From NCBI GenBank assembly GCA_021107705.1, contig JAIOSJ010000129.1:7754-71753 (forward strand): a DNA stretch of 64,000 nucleotides. The letters run 5' to 3'. Both the position numbers and the translations under genes were made by a program. The first letter of the stretch is position 1, and the number at the start of each line of letters is the position of its first letter. This document shows positions 8,705-18,801 of this stretch, piece by piece. A model generated the notes under the pieces. It was not told where the DNA came from and did not search any database. It saw only the letters and a list, made by a program, of their open reading frames with translations. The stretch is from Thermoanaerobaculales bacterium (GTDB lineage Bacteria; Acidobacteriota; Thermoanaerobaculia; Thermoanaerobaculales; Sulfomarinibacteraceae).

Positions 8705-10330
8705 ATGGACGGGTTTGCCGCCCACGATGCTCCCGGATGGGCTGCCCTGGCGGAGGGATTGATCCTCCTCACCACAGCCCTTGGCTTGGGCGCGGCGACC
8801 TCGCGCCTGCGTCTCGGGCCGACCGTCGGCTACATCGCGGCCGGCGCCCTGCTCGGACCGCACGGCCTTCGCCTGCTTGGCGACGCACCCGGTCTGCATT
8901 CGGTCACCGAACTCGGGGTCACGCTGCTCCTGTTCGCCATCGGACTCGAGTTCCCCTGGCGCGTGCTGCGCAGCCTGGGTCGAGGGCCACTCCTTGGCGG
9001 CGGCGGCCAAATCCTCCTCACCGCCCTTGTCGGGTTGGGGATCTCCCGCGCTGTCGGAGCGTCCACCGGCACTGCTCTGGCTGTGGGCGCGGTGCTGGCA
9101 CTGTCGAGCACCGCCTCAGTTCTGCGCACCCTGAGCGGCCGAACCGAAACCGACACCGTGCACGGACGACTGACGGTGTCAGTGCTCATCCTCCAGGACC
9201 TGGCCCTCGTCCCCTTGCTCCTTCTGGTCGCGGCCATGACCCATTCCGGCTCACCGAGCGCGATCACACTGGCGATAGGCTTGTCGATCGGCCTCACACT
9301 GGTCCTCGCCGCAGTCCTGATGATCTTGGCAAAGGTGGTCATGCCTCGGGTGCTCACCGCCACCTCGAGCCTCGCTCACCGGGAACTCGCCATTCTCCTC
9401 GCCCTGGTCACCGCCACCGGCGCCGCCTACTTCGCCCACCGCCTTGGACTGTCGCCCGCGATGGGCAGCTTTCTCGCCGGCATGCTGCTGGCCGACTCCC
9501 CCTTCGCGCTGCAGTTGCGCTCCGACGTCGAGGCACTCAAGGCGATCTTTCTGGCCCTGTTCTTCGTTTCCATCGGTTTCCTGTTCAACGGCGCCTGGGT
9601 GGTGCAGCACCCGGTCCAGGTGGCCCTGGCTACCGCCGGGGTGCTCCTGTTCAAGACCCTGACCGCATCAGCCGCCTTGATCGTTTTTGGTGCACCGCGT
9701 CGGGCTGCGTTCGCGGCAGGGATCTGTCTCGCCCAGATCGGCGAGTTCTCATACGTCCTGGCCCTACAGGCAAGCAGTTTCGGACTCTTCTCCCCCGACA
9801 CCATGGCCCTGATCGTGGCTGCCCTGGTCCTGACCCTGGCCGCCACTCCTCTCCTCGTTGCCTTGGGGGCCCGTGTCTCCCTGCCCACCGCGACCGTCGC
9901 CAGCAGTGACACCGCGCAGAACGCATCGACTCCTCACCGGGTCGTGGTGATCGGCTTCGGCCCAGTTGGTGCAGCCACAGCCGCCGAGGCCCTTCGATCG
10001 GGGCGAGAGATCACGGTCATCGAGCTCAACCCGCGACTTGTCGGCCAGGCCCGCAGCGAGGGATTCGAGGTCCACCTCGGCGACGCCACCCACCCGGAGG
10101 TTCTACGACACGCCCACGTCGGTGATGCGGCCGCGGTGGCAGTGACGGTCCCCGACCACCGTGCCGCCGCCCTTATCATCCAACTGGTCCGCATCCTCGC
10201 CCCCGAGGCGCTGGTGGTCGCCCGGTCCCGTTACCACCTCCATACCACCGGCCTGCACAACGCCGGCGCCGATCACGTGGTGGACGAGGAGCAGGAGGTG
10301 GGGGCGATGCTCGCCCGGCTGGGCCTCTAA
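8705..10330 (+). CDS. CPA2-family monovalent cation:proton antiporter with C-terminal RCK/TrkA-N domain (KefB/KefC-like)
   Basis: 541 aa and multi-TM, with LGPTVGYIAAGALLGPHGL, ELGVTLLLFAIGLEF and ILQDLALVPLL. The C-terminal Rossmann part reads VVVIGFGPVGAATAAEAL...VARSRY. Confidence 0.85.
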   Translation: MDGFAAHDAPGWAALAEGLILLTTALGLGAATSRLRLGPTVGYIAAGALLGPHGLRLLGDAPGLHSVTELGVTLLLFAIGLEFPWRVLRSLGRGPLLGGGGQILLTALVGLGISRAVGASTGTALAVGAVLALSSTASVLRTLSGRTETDTVHGRLTVSVLILQDLALVPLLLLVAAMTHSGSPSAITLAIGLSIGLTLVLAAVLMILAKVVMPRVLTATSSLAHRELAILLALVTATGAAYFAHRLGLSPAMGSFLAGMLLADSPFALQLRSDVEALKAIFLALFFVSIGFLFNGAWVVQHPVQVALATAGVLLFKTLTASAALIVFGAPRRAAFAAGICLAQIGEFSYVLALQASSFGLFSPDTMALIVAALVLTLAATPLLVALGARVSLPTATVASSDTAQNASTPHRVVVIGFGPVGAATAAEALRSGREITVIELNPRLVGQARSEGFEVHLGDATHPEVLRHAHVGDAAAVAVTVPDHRAAALIIQLVRILAPEALVVARSRYHLHTTGLHNAGADHVVDEEQEVGAMLARLGL

Positions 10331-10389
10331 CCTACTTCTCACTGCACCTTTCCGGTTTCAGGGCTGACATCGGTGAGAAGTGCGGGCTA
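10328..10389. mobile_element. MITE copy a (minimal ~58-bp form: two terminal inverted repeats plus a short loop), TA-flanked
   Basis: The sequence is TA-ACCTACTTCTCAC...GGTGAGAAGTGCGGGC-TA. The right end matches the family TIR and the left end is degenerate. The left TA is part of the antiporter TAA stop (10328-10330). The element sits between convergent genes. Confidence 0.6.
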
Positions 10390-10409
10390 AAGATCTTGTT
10401 GGGGCATCT

Positions 10410-11954
10410 TCATTGGCCGAGAAAAAGCCCGGCGCCGGGTCCGAGCGGAATTCCCAGCAACAACCAGATCACAAGGAGCAACATCCAGGCCAGCATGAAT
10501 GTCACCGAGTACGGCAGCATGGTGGCAATGACGGTTCCCATGCCCGCCTTCGGGTCGTAGCGCTGCATGAAGGCCACGATCAGAGCGAAGAAGGACATCA
10601 TCGGCGAGATGATATTGGTCGAGCTGTCACCGATTCGGTAGACACCCTGGATCAGCTCTGGGCTGTAGCCGAGCAGCATGAACATCGGAATGAACACCGG
10701 CGCCATAAATGCCCACTTCGCGGAGGCGCTGCCCATACAGAGGTTGAGGCCGGCGGCGAGAAGCAGGAAAGAAAGCATCAACGGGATCGGTCCAAGACCA
10801 GAGGCCTTGAGGACTTCTGCCCCCTTGATGGCGAAGATCATGCCGAGGTTGGTGTACTTGAAGTAGGCCACAAACTGGGCAGCGAAGAACACGAGCACCA
10901 TGAACAGGGCGAGGGTCTCCATCGACTCCTTCATGCCTGTGACGACGTCTGAATCGTTCTTCATCGTACCGGCGGCCAAGCCGTAGGCAAGACCGGTAAG
11001 CAGGCCACCAAGGAAGATGATGGTGACAATTCCGTGCATGAATGGCGAGTGAAGCACACTGCCGGTTTCGAGATGGCGCAGGAATCCATCGTCCGGTATC
11101 AGGCCGACCAGAAAGATGACTGACATACCGAGACTGACGATGAAGGCCCAGAGGAGACCACGTTTTTCCTCGTTCGACAGCTTGTGAAATTCCTCGTCCT
11201 CGGTCACGACCGCGCCTTCGAAGGCGCCGAGTCGGGGAACGACGATCTTTTCTGTGACCCAGGTGCCGACCGCCGCTATCACAAAGGTTGAGACCACCAT
11301 GAAGTAGTAGTTGCAGGCCGGTGTCACCGTGTATTGGGGATCGATGATGCGGGCAGCTTCCTGGCTGATTCCCGCCAGGAGAGGGTCGATTGTACCGAGC
11401 AGGAGGTTGGCGCTGAACCCTCCGGAGACGCCGGCGAAGGCCGCCGCGAGTCCGGCGATGGGGTGGCGGCCGACCGACATGAAGATGATCGCGCCGAGGG
11501 GCACGAGCAGAACGTATCCGACGTCGCTGGCCATGTTGGAGAGCACACCGGCAAGCACGATCACGAAGGTCAAGAGGCGGCGGGGTGCGGCGTGCACGAG
11601 CAACCTCAGACACGAACCGATCAGACCGCTCTTTTCGGCGACACCGATTCCCAGCATCGCGACGAGGACGGTGCCGAGTGGCGCGAAACCAGTGAAGTTC
11701 TCGATCGTCGATTCCAAAATCCAGTGCAGACCTTCACGTGAAATCAGGTTGATCGGCAGAACTTCGACTCCCGTTTTGGGGTTGACGGCCGAAAGCCCCA
11801 GTTTGGCTGCGAGCCATGAAGCGAGAATGAGTGTGAAGGCAAACAGTGCAAACAACGTGGCGGGGTGTGGCAGGGTGTTGCCTATCTTCTCGATCGCGGA
11901 AAGAAACCGAGAGATGATCGAACCCCGTGGAGCGCGGGTGGCAGCTTTTGTCAT
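10410..11954 (-). CDS. abgT: AbgT-family transporter (p-aminobenzoyl-glutamate / antimetabolite efflux family)
   Basis: The 514-aa ORF has [46 protein letters not shown] and [25 protein letters not shown]. These are characteristic AbgT/MtrF sequences. Confidence 0.88.
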   Translation of the reverse strand: MTKAATRAPRGSIISRFLSAIEKIGNTLPHPATLFALFAFTLILASWLAAKLGLSAVNPKTGVEVLPINLISREGLHWILESTIENFTGFAPLGTVLVAMLGIGVAEKSGLIGSCLRLLVHAAPRRLLTFVIVLAGVLSNMASDVGYVLLVPLGAIIFMSVGRHPIAGLAAAFAGVSGGFSANLLLGTIDPLLAGISQEAARIIDPQYTVTPACNYYFMVVSTFVIAAVGTWVTEKIVVPRLGAFEGAVVTEDEEFHKLSNEEKRGLLWAFIVSLGMSVIFLVGLIPDDGFLRHLETGSVLHSPFMHGIVTIIFLGGLLTGLAYGLAAGTMKNDSDVVTGMKESMETLALFMVLVFFAAQFVAYFKYTNLGMIFAIKGAEVLKASGLGPIPLMLSFLLLAAGLNLCMGSASAKWAFMAPVFIPMFMLLGYSPELIQGVYRIGDSSTNIISPMMSFFALIVAFMQRYDPKAGMGTVIATMLPYSVTFMLAWMLLLVIWLLLGIPLGPGAGLFLGQ

Positions 11955-12013
11955 CCGGGTAAGACCTCCAGTAGATGAATCCGTAGATCTTAACAGCTAC
12001 CTGCTGCGTATTC

Positions 12014-12050
12014 CGCGCCGCAGCTGATCATTGGTGAAAAATGCGGGTTA
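12014..12050. mobile_element. MITE copy b: solo right end (truncated copy)
   Basis: CCGCAGCTGATCATTGGTGAAAAATGCGGGT-TA matches the right sub-terminal block and TIR of copies c, d and e. I found no convincing left TIR. The terminal T plus TA forms the TAA stop (12048-12050) of the adjacent minus-strand gene. Confidence 0.5.
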
Positions 12051-13418
12051 GCGTCCCAGCAAAAAGACGGCGTCTCCGGTGATGCCATCGACGCGGCTTG
12101 CGTACACCAGCACGTTCCGATCCAGGAAGCTTCCTCCTTCAGACGTAGCCAATGCCGATACCCTCAAGACTATTTGCTCATGATCCGCAATCTCGGGAAT
12201 GAGCGTTTCAATTCTGTTGACCTGGTGGAATCCGAAAGGAGGCACTGTGACCGTCCCGCTACCAAAAATAGTCGATCCGGTCGGTGACCACGCCCTGATG
12301 GTAACCTCGACCTCTGATGGTCCGAGATTTGCGATGCCCAGGTTGGTTCTGTTATTGGCGTCGGTCGCCACCAGGTGAAGCGTTCTTTGCCAGGAGTCCC
12401 AGACCCGCACGACATCATCCCGAAGCATCCGGTCTTCCTCCACCAGGGGAACAGTTTGGCCGAAGACGCCCTCCCCTCCAACGTTAGCGACGCGTGCGGT
12501 GACCGCTGCCTTCGGGGCCGTGGTTAATACCTCAAGCCACCCCTTTGTCTCGTGGATCCCGAAAAGCTCGGGGAGCACATCGTCGTAACGCACACTCTGA
12601 CTGCGATCTAGGTCGAGTCGCCGGACGGTGAAGTTCACCGAACCGTCGTGCCCACTCTCGGTGAAATAGAGCCAGATGGTGGTCGGTTCATCCTGGGAGG
12701 CCGTGACCTCGAGTTCGGTGACCCAGCGGGTTTCGGCATCACCGGCCAAAGAGGCCACCACTGGGATGCACCGCTTGATGTGGCGTTTGACGGGGCGCTG
12801 GTCGATGGGGTCCGGGATGTCCGCATCCACTTCGAGCCGGACATCCCGAATGTAGAAGAAGTCCTCCCGGTCGTCTCCGTCGTTGGCCTCGGTAAGCTGG
12901 GCGCGGATCACTACCCGGCCCTGGTCGCTGCTGTACTGGCCTGACGGGATATTCGGGGCGATCTGGGAGGTCAGATCGGCCGACAGCTCCGAGCCCCTTT
13001 CGATGGATCCGTCCATCGCGGTCTCTTGATTGAGGTCTTCCGTGGCCCAGCCGCCATGAGGATCTACCGACGGGCACCCCATGAGGCCGATCACCCTTCC
13101 CGCCACAACCGGTCCGAGCGCGCTGGGGTCGGCGTAGACAGTATCGATGCCAATACGGAGGACCGCCGACGTGATTTGAGATCCCGGCGGAAGGAACGAC
13201 AGATCGAAGCCGAAGACGGCCACGACATATTGGTTTTGCGTGGAGTCGCCGATAAACGGCACAACGCCCTCGAAGCGCGGAACGCCGTCTTCCGTCACGC
13301 GGATGTGGCCGATTTGACTTGGAGTTACCCGGAACGATTCCGCCCCGGCGGTTTGGCTCCCGATCAGGAAAGCGAGGGCGAGACCTAACAAACAGGTGGT
13401 GACAGGCCGGAATTGCAT
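12048..13418 (-). CDS. Secreted hypothetical protein; its C-terminal ~230 aa are paralogous to the C-terminus of ORF 38403..40673
   Basis: 456 aa with a signal peptide (LLGLALAFLIGSQTAGA). The C-terminal region starts CIPVVASLAGDAETRWVTELEVT and ends ...YASRVDGITGDAVFLLGR. Compare FWIPVASHAPGAQGSAWRTDLGLL ... YGSVVDNITNDPTTMAVVR in the other protein. Confidence 0.6.
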   Translation of the reverse strand: MQFRPVTTCLLGLALAFLIGSQTAGAESFRVTPSQIGHIRVTEDGVPRFEGVVPFIGDSTQNQYVVAVFGFDLSFLPPGSQITSAVLRIGIDTVYADPSALGPVVAGRVIGLMGCPSVDPHGGWATEDLNQETAMDGSIERGSELSADLTSQIAPNIPSGQYSSDQGRVVIRAQLTEANDGDDREDFFYIRDVRLEVDADIPDPIDQRPVKRHIKRCIPVVASLAGDAETRWVTELEVTASQDEPTTIWLYFTESGHDGSVNFTVRRLDLDRSQSVRYDDVLPELFGIHETKGWLEVLTTAPKAAVTARVANVGGEGVFGQTVPLVEEDRMLRDDVVRVWDSWQRTLHLVATDANNRTNLGIANLGPSEVEVTIRAWSPTGSTIFGSGTVTVPPFGFHQVNRIETLIPEIADHEQIVLRVSALATSEGGSFLDRNVLVYASRVDGITGDAVFLLGR

Positions 13419-13599
13419 GGTTCAATTCTCCTTTCTCAAAACTATTCTGCTGCCCACAGTCTGAGCTGTCCATGGCCGGAAGCGACAAAAACATGTCCGA
13501 AGGCGACAAACCGCTCTGTCGACTGCCGATGCTCGGCCTACGCCGGTAGATTTCTGGACCGGTTTGCGACACGGTCCAGGCTCCTGTAGCGTATTGCTG

Positions 13600-15813
13600 A
13601 TGGTTTTCGACACCTCAGCAGAGGTTCCCGTTCAGAAATTCGGGACGTTCCTGGGGGTTTTCACTCCCAGTATCCTGACCATCCTCGGGCTGATCATGTA
13701 CCTGAGGTTCGGCTGGGTCGTCGGCAACATCGGCCTTGGCCTGACAATCCTGCTGGTCCTGCTGGCCAGTTCCATAACGTTCATCACTGCATTCAGCGCC
13801 TCCGCCGTAGCAACCAACATGCGGGTTGGCGTCGGTGGCGAATATTTCATGATCTCGCGCAGCCTTGGACTCGAGCTGGGTGGCGCGATCGGCATTCCCC
13901 TGTTCTTGTGCCGGACCCTGAGCATCACGTTCTACAGTTTTGGTTTGGTGGAGTCGATCCTCGCCTTCTGGCCGGCGACGTGGGGAGAGATGCCGGCCTA
14001 CACCGGGCAGCTCGGCGCGGCGATCATCATCATCGCCATCACCACGGTGTCCGGCAAGAGCGCGGCCCTGGCCTTGAAGTTGCAGATCCCGATCATGATG
14101 GCCGTGGGCGCCTCTCTGATCGCCTTGGTCATTGGCGCGATCATCGGCGGCCTACAGGCGCCCGAGCTGAGCCCGACCTACCGCACCGCTCCGCAGGGAT
14201 TCTGGTATGTGTTCGCGGTCTTTTTCCCGGCAGTGACCGGGTTCACGGCGGGCATCGGTATGAGCGGCGATCTCAAGGATCCGCGCCGGTCGATCCCTCG
14301 CGGAACCCTGCTCGCGGTAATAACCGGCACGGTGATCTACCTGTTCATTCCGATCATCCTGAGCCTCACCGCGAAGGTCACACCGGAAGAATTGGCCGCA
14401 CCCGGGATCATCTGGACAAAGATCGCCGTGCTCGGCGGGTGGCTGGTTTTCCCTGGGCTGTGGGGCGCCATCCTGTCGTCCGCGTTCGGCAGTATGCTCG
14501 GCGCGCCGCGAGTACTCCAAGCGCTGGCCGACGACGGGCTGGCGCCCGGCTTCCTGGCCCGGCTCTCCCCTTCTGGTCAACCGACCATCGCCACCTGGAT
14601 CAGCGGCGCCATCGCCCTTGGCGCAGTCGTGCTCGGTGGGCTTAATGCAGTGGCCCAATTCGTCACCATCCTGTTTCTGACCCTTTACGTCACCGTCAAT
14701 ATCAGCGCGGCGATCGAGAAGCTGGTCGGCGACCCCAGCTACCGACCGACCATCAACGTGCCGTGGTATGTCTCGCTGCTCGGCTCGGTCGGCGCGGTGG
14801 TGATGATGTTCCTGATCAACCCCTACGCCTGTATGACGGCGATTTTTCTCGAAGCCGCGCTGTACCTCTATCTCAGGCGGCGGGCCCTTCGCCAGCAGTG
14901 GGGCGACGTATGGGCCGGTCTGTGGATGGCGGTGGCACGTTTTGCCCTGCTCAACCTTCGGACCCAATCGAGAAATCCCCGAAACTGGCGACCCCACATC
15001 TTGCTGTTTGCCGGTGACCCGGTTAAACGCCTCAACCTGGTTCGGCTGGCGGCCTGGTTCAACCAGAACCGCGGGGTGGTCACCGTGTGCCAGCTGGTGG
15101 TTGGCGACCTCAAGGACAAGCACCACGACGCCGAGCTCCGGCGCCAGGAGATGGAACGCGACCTCGAAGATGCCGGACTGGTCGCCTTTGCCGACGTCGA
15201 TGTTGTCGAGTCCTTCGAGAGCGGAGTGATCAACGTGACCCAGGCCAACGGTATTGCCGGGCTGCGGTCGAACACCGTCATGTTCGGCTGGCCGCGGCGG
15301 CTGGAACGGCTGGAAAGCCAACTGAAGATCATGCGCGGGGTGTCGAATGCCGGCAAGAGCACGGTGATCGCCAGAGTCAACTGGGCTCACGAGCCCGGCC
15401 GGGAGAAACGCATCGATCTGTGGTGGGGCGGTCGGCAGCACAACGGCGACCTGATGTTGCTGTTCGCCTACCTCTTGAGCCTCAACCCGGAGTGGCGCGA
15501 CGCCAGAATCGTGATTCGGGCCATCGCCCGTAGCGAGGATGAGCGCAAGGAACAGGAAGCGGGCCTCAAGGCGCTGCTTCCGGAAATCCGGATCAACGCC
15601 GAAACGCAGATCATCGTCAAACCGCCTGACCAGACCTTGGCCGAGGTGATCCAACACACCAGCCGGGGGGCAGCGGTGGTGTTCTTCGGCTTGATGGAAC
15701 CGGAACCCGGGACCGAGGCGGAGTATGCCCGACGGCTCACCGCCCTGGTTGAGCCGCTGAACACCACGATCTTCGTGCGCAACGCCGGCGAGTTCGCCGG
15801 CCGTCTGATCTAG
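13600..15813 (+). CDS. Cation-chloride cotransporter-like APC-superfamily transporter (SLC12/CCC-like) with a large cytoplasmic C-terminal domain
   Basis: ATG 13600 lies in frame within track ORF 13564..15813. The protein reads KFGTFLGVFTPSILTILGLIMYLRFGWVVGNIGL, GGEYFMISRSLGLELGGAIGIPLF, 12 TM, then a ~290-aa soluble tail. This is a typical bacterial CCC layout. Confidence 0.78.
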   Translation: MVFDTSAEVPVQKFGTFLGVFTPSILTILGLIMYLRFGWVVGNIGLGLTILLVLLASSITFITAFSASAVATNMRVGVGGEYFMISRSLGLELGGAIGIPLFLCRTLSITFYSFGLVESILAFWPATWGEMPAYTGQLGAAIIIIAITTVSGKSAALALKLQIPIMMAVGASLIALVIGAIIGGLQAPELSPTYRTAPQGFWYVFAVFFPAVTGFTAGIGMSGDLKDPRRSIPRGTLLAVITGTVIYLFIPIILSLTAKVTPEELAAPGIIWTKIAVLGGWLVFPGLWGAILSSAFGSMLGAPRVLQALADDGLAPGFLARLSPSGQPTIATWISGAIALGAVVLGGLNAVAQFVTILFLTLYVTVNISAAIEKLVGDPSYRPTINVPWYVSLLGSVGAVVMMFLINPYACMTAIFLEAALYLYLRRRALRQQWGDVWAGLWMAVARFALLNLRTQSRNPRNWRPHILLFAGDPVKRLNLVRLAAWFNQNRGVVTVCQLVVGDLKDKHHDAELRRQEMERDLEDAGLVAFADVDVVESFESGVINVTQANGIAGLRSNTVMFGWPRRLERLESQLKIMRGVSNAGKSTVIARVNWAHEPGREKRIDLWWGGRQHNGDLMLLFAYLLSLNPEWRDARIVIRAIARSEDERKEQEAGLKALLPEIRINAETQIIVKPPDQTLAEVIQHTSRGAAVVFFGLMEPEPGTEAEYARRLTALVEPLNTTIFVRNAGEFAGRLI

Positions 15814-15820
15814 AATCACC

Positions 15821-16495
15821 GTGCAACCACGCCGCATCATTGAATCCGTCACCACCAGCGAAGGCACCGAGCTGGTCCTCATCGAGCGCGGGGGAACCTT
15901 CCTGCTCGAGGTCGACGGTGAAGCCCTGATGTCGAATCTCACCTACGACTCGGAGGAGGCCCTGGCTCAGGTTGTAATCTCCCGTCTCCAGCCGACCGCG
16001 ACGCCGCGCCTGCTCATCGGCGGTCTCGGTATGGGCTTCACCCTGCGAGCCGCCCTCGACGCCCTGGCTCCACGTCCCCGGGCGACCATCGAGATCGTGG
16101 AGGTTTTTGATGCCGTGGTCCGATGGAACCGGGGAGTGCTTGCCCATCTCGCGGGGAACCCCCTGGCCGATCCCAGGGTCAGAGTGAGGATCGGCGATGT
16201 GGCGCGCACGATTGAGGGCTCTCGAAACCGTTACGACGCGATCCTGCTCGACATCGACAACGGTCCGGAGGCCCTTACTCTCGCCTCCAATCACCAACTC
16301 TACAACCCGAAGGGCCTACAGGGTCTCAAAGAAGCGCTGACACCGGACGGCGTCCTCGGCCTCTGGTCGGCATCAGACGATCGAGTTTTTCGGCGAGCCA
16401 TGGGACACGCAGGATTCAAGCTTGAGGTCGTCCGGGTGCGGGCTCGCTCGATGGGCCGGGGACGGCGCCACGTATTATTCCTCGGACGGAGATGA
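15821..16495 (+). CDS. Spermidine synthase-like (aminopropyltransferase-fold) SAM-dependent enzyme, copy 1
   Basis: 224 aa reading LVLIERGGTFLLEVDGEALMSN...PRLLIGGLGMGFTLRAALD...YDAILLDIDNGP...LTPDGVLGLW. It is a clear paralog of ORF 20570..21235 and starts 8 nt after the transporter stop. Confidence 0.7.
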   Translation: MQPRRIIESVTTSEGTELVLIERGGTFLLEVDGEALMSNLTYDSEEALAQVVISRLQPTATPRLLIGGLGMGFTLRAALDALAPRPRATIEIVEVFDAVVRWNRGVLAHLAGNPLADPRVRVRIGDVARTIEGSRNRYDAILLDIDNGPEALTLASNHQLYNPKGLQGLKEALTPDGVLGLWSASDDRVFRRAMGHAGFKLEVVRVRARSMGRGRRHVLFLGRR

Positions 16496-16601
16496 AGTCG
16501 AACCTCCCCCATTTGACAACACCGTTGTTACCGATTCGAATCAGGAACACGCCTCGCCGGAGAGTGGGATACAATCTGCCCATCCGAAAAGGAGTTGCTC
16601 C

Positions 16602-17906
16602 ATGAACGAAAAACACCGGGAATACGCACAGATCGTCGATCAGGTTCTTGACCCAACGGGCCAGCGGACCTCCAAGCTGTGTGTCAGTCCCTTTTCTTAC
16701 GACCGCTCACTGCGCAACGAGATGGAGGAGCTGACCGGGGCCTACGCAAGACTTCTCGAGTTCGTCTTCCGGAGCTTCCCGACCTCCGCCAGGATCCAGG
16801 AGGTGCTGGAGTACCCCGCGGAGCTGGAGTCCTTCCTCGGCGCCCTCAACATCTACCCGAAAAACCTCGCCGCGGCGCGCATCGACGTGTTTCTCACCAG
16901 CGAGGGCTTCCGCATGGTGGAGTCGAACACCGAGATTCCGGGCGGCAATGAGGAGAGCTACTTCCTCGAGAACGAGTATCTCAGAATCTACCGACCGGAG
17001 GGTCTGAGCGCAGTACCGCGCATGGAGATTGTCTTCGACACCCTGATGTCCCACTATCGCACTCAGGCCGAGTTCTTCAACCTGCCACAGAAAGACAGCC
17101 TGGTCATCTACCTCTGCCAGTGGCAGTCGGAGATCGAACGCATCCGCGGCGAGTACGACGTGCTGATCAACTTCATCCGCGAATGCGGCCATGTCGCCGA
17201 CGTGGTGGACCCCAACCGGATCAAGATCTCGGACGGCAAGGCCTTCGCCCCGGACGGCCAAAGGATCGACCTGATCTACCGTCGCTTCACCTCCGATGAG
17301 CTGCCGCGGTTCGCCCAGCGCAAGTGGCAGATGGCGATCGACTGGGACCACGCCGCAGTTGCCGTGGTCAACCCCTTCTGCACAAAGCGGGTGGACTCCA
17401 AGAACATCATGGTTCTGTTCAAGGATGAATCGTACGAGGAGGTCTTCCCCGCAGACCTCAGGGAGGACCTGGAAACGGTTCGGCGGATCATCCCGTGGAC
17501 CAAGAAGGTCAAGGACCGACTGGTGCTCAAGGACGGCCGCGAAGTGGACGCCGGGCCCTTCCTGGTAGCGGAGAAGGACAGTCTGGTCATCAAGCACGCC
17601 AACGCCTACTCCTCCTCTGCAGTCTTCATCGGCGAGGACATCTCGGTGCCCGAATGGCGGGACATCGTCGATGAGTCCCTCAAGGGCGACTGGGTCGTCC
17701 AGGAGAAAATCGAGCTACCGGAGATGGATATGGAGTACTGGGAGGACGAGCAGCTCAAGACCGCCCGCTGCATCTACAACGTCAACCCCTACATCTACGA
17801 CGGTCGCTTCGGCGGCTTCCTCAACCGCGCCTCCACCGACAAGCTGACCTCGTTTACAAAGGGCGAGATCGCCGCCGTCGTTCCGTGCTTCGAAAGGAAC
17901 TCGTGA
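16602..17906 (+). CDS. Glutathionylspermidine-synthetase-like ATP-grasp amide ligase (GSP_synth / circularly permuted ATP-grasp family)
   Basis: ATG 16602 has AAAGGAG 7 nt upstream and lies in frame inside track ORF 16422..17906. Motifs match E. coli YgiC/Gss synthetase by eye: ARIDVFLTSEGFRMVESNTEIPGGNEES (R-x-D...E-x-N-x-x-x-P), NPFCTKRVDSKNIMVLF, LVIKHANAYSSSAVFIG, NVNPYIYDGRFGGFLNRAS. Confidence 0.7.
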   Translation: MNEKHREYAQIVDQVLDPTGQRTSKLCVSPFSYDRSLRNEMEELTGAYARLLEFVFRSFPTSARIQEVLEYPAELESFLGALNIYPKNLAAARIDVFLTSEGFRMVESNTEIPGGNEESYFLENEYLRIYRPEGLSAVPRMEIVFDTLMSHYRTQAEFFNLPQKDSLVIYLCQWQSEIERIRGEYDVLINFIRECGHVADVVDPNRIKISDGKAFAPDGQRIDLIYRRFTSDELPRFAQRKWQMAIDWDHAAVAVVNPFCTKRVDSKNIMVLFKDESYEEVFPADLREDLETVRRIIPWTKKVKDRLVLKDGREVDAGPFLVAEKDSLVIKHANAYSSSAVFIGEDISVPEWRDIVDESLKGDWVVQEKIELPEMDMEYWEDEQLKTARCIYNVNPYIYDGRFGGFLNRASTDKLTSFTKGEIAAVVPCFERNS

Positions 17907-18722
17907 ATGGGCGCGCCGATCCTCGTCTCGGTGCCCCACGGGGGATGGAGTGTGCCCGATGAGCTCGCCGACATCTGGGCCCTCTCCGCCAAGGACGCCT
18001 TCCACGACGGCGATCCACTGACCTCCCGCATCTACGACTTCTCCGACCGGGTGAGCGTGGAACTCGTGATGGAGCACTACCGCGCGGTCGTCGATCTCAA
18101 TCGCGCCCCCGACGACATCGCGCCCAAGAACCCGGACGGCGTCATCAAATCCCACACCTGCTTCAACGTGGAGGTCTACAAGCCCGGCTGCTTGCCCGAC
18201 GAAGCCCTCAAACAGGAGCTCCTGGAGAGGTACTACTTCCCATACCACAGGGCCCTTGCCGAGGCAATCGCCCGCGACGACGTGCTCATGGGCGTCGACT
18301 GCCACAGCATGGTCGCCGTGTCACCTCCGATCGAGGCCGACGCCGGCACGGCCCGACCCCTGCTATGCCTTGGCAACCTGGGCGACGCCGACGGAGAGAT
18401 CTGCGAGCCGTTCAACCGAATCACCTGCCCACCGGAGATGATCCGCTTCGTGGCTGAAGAGTTCACACGAGTCTTCGAGCACGAGGACGTGGAGATTGAG
18501 GTACCGGGAGTAGCGACGGCCAACGTACCGTTCTCCGGCGGATACATCACCCGCACCGTCGGGGGCGGCGAGACGCCCTTCTTCCAGATCGAGATGAGCC
18601 GTGCACTCTACCTGACCAAGCGGTTCTTCGACGAGGAACACCTCGAAGTGGACGAACGACGGATCAATGATCTCAGAACCAAAGTGTGGGGTGTGTTGGA
18701 GCGAACGGTTCGGAATCTGTGA
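17907..18722 (+). CDS. N-formylglutamate amidohydrolase (FGase) family hydrolase
   Basis: 271 aa reading ILVSVPHGGWSVPDE, VVDLNR, GVDCHSM, VPFSGGYITR, FQIEMSRALY. This is the FGase-family motif order. The ATG directly abuts the TGA of the ATP-grasp gene. Confidence 0.8.
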   Translation: MGAPILVSVPHGGWSVPDELADIWALSAKDAFHDGDPLTSRIYDFSDRVSVELVMEHYRAVVDLNRAPDDIAPKNPDGVIKSHTCFNVEVYKPGCLPDEALKQELLERYYFPYHRALAEAIARDDVLMGVDCHSMVAVSPPIEADAGTARPLLCLGNLGDADGEICEPFNRITCPPEMIRFVAEEFTRVFEHEDVEIEVPGVATANVPFSGGYITRTVGGGETPFFQIEMSRALYLTKRFFDEEHLEVDERRINDLRTKVWGVLERTVRNL

Positions 18723-18801
18723 CCTATTGGATGCGCCACGCCCAGCAGTGTTTTCACGGCTCGGGTCGCTGTTACACTCTCGTCCGGAGGAAGTCTTGAG
18801 A

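Noticed and set aside
8737-9909. 390-aa plus-strand ORF in an alternative frame of the CPA2 antiporter gene
   Set aside because: It is a Pro/Arg/Gly-rich frame-shadow. The antiporter frame has clear family motifs.
14152-15942. 596-aa minus-strand ORF
   Set aside because: It is antisense to the SLC12-like transporter. It has no recognisable motifs and an Arg/Gly/Pro-heavy composition.
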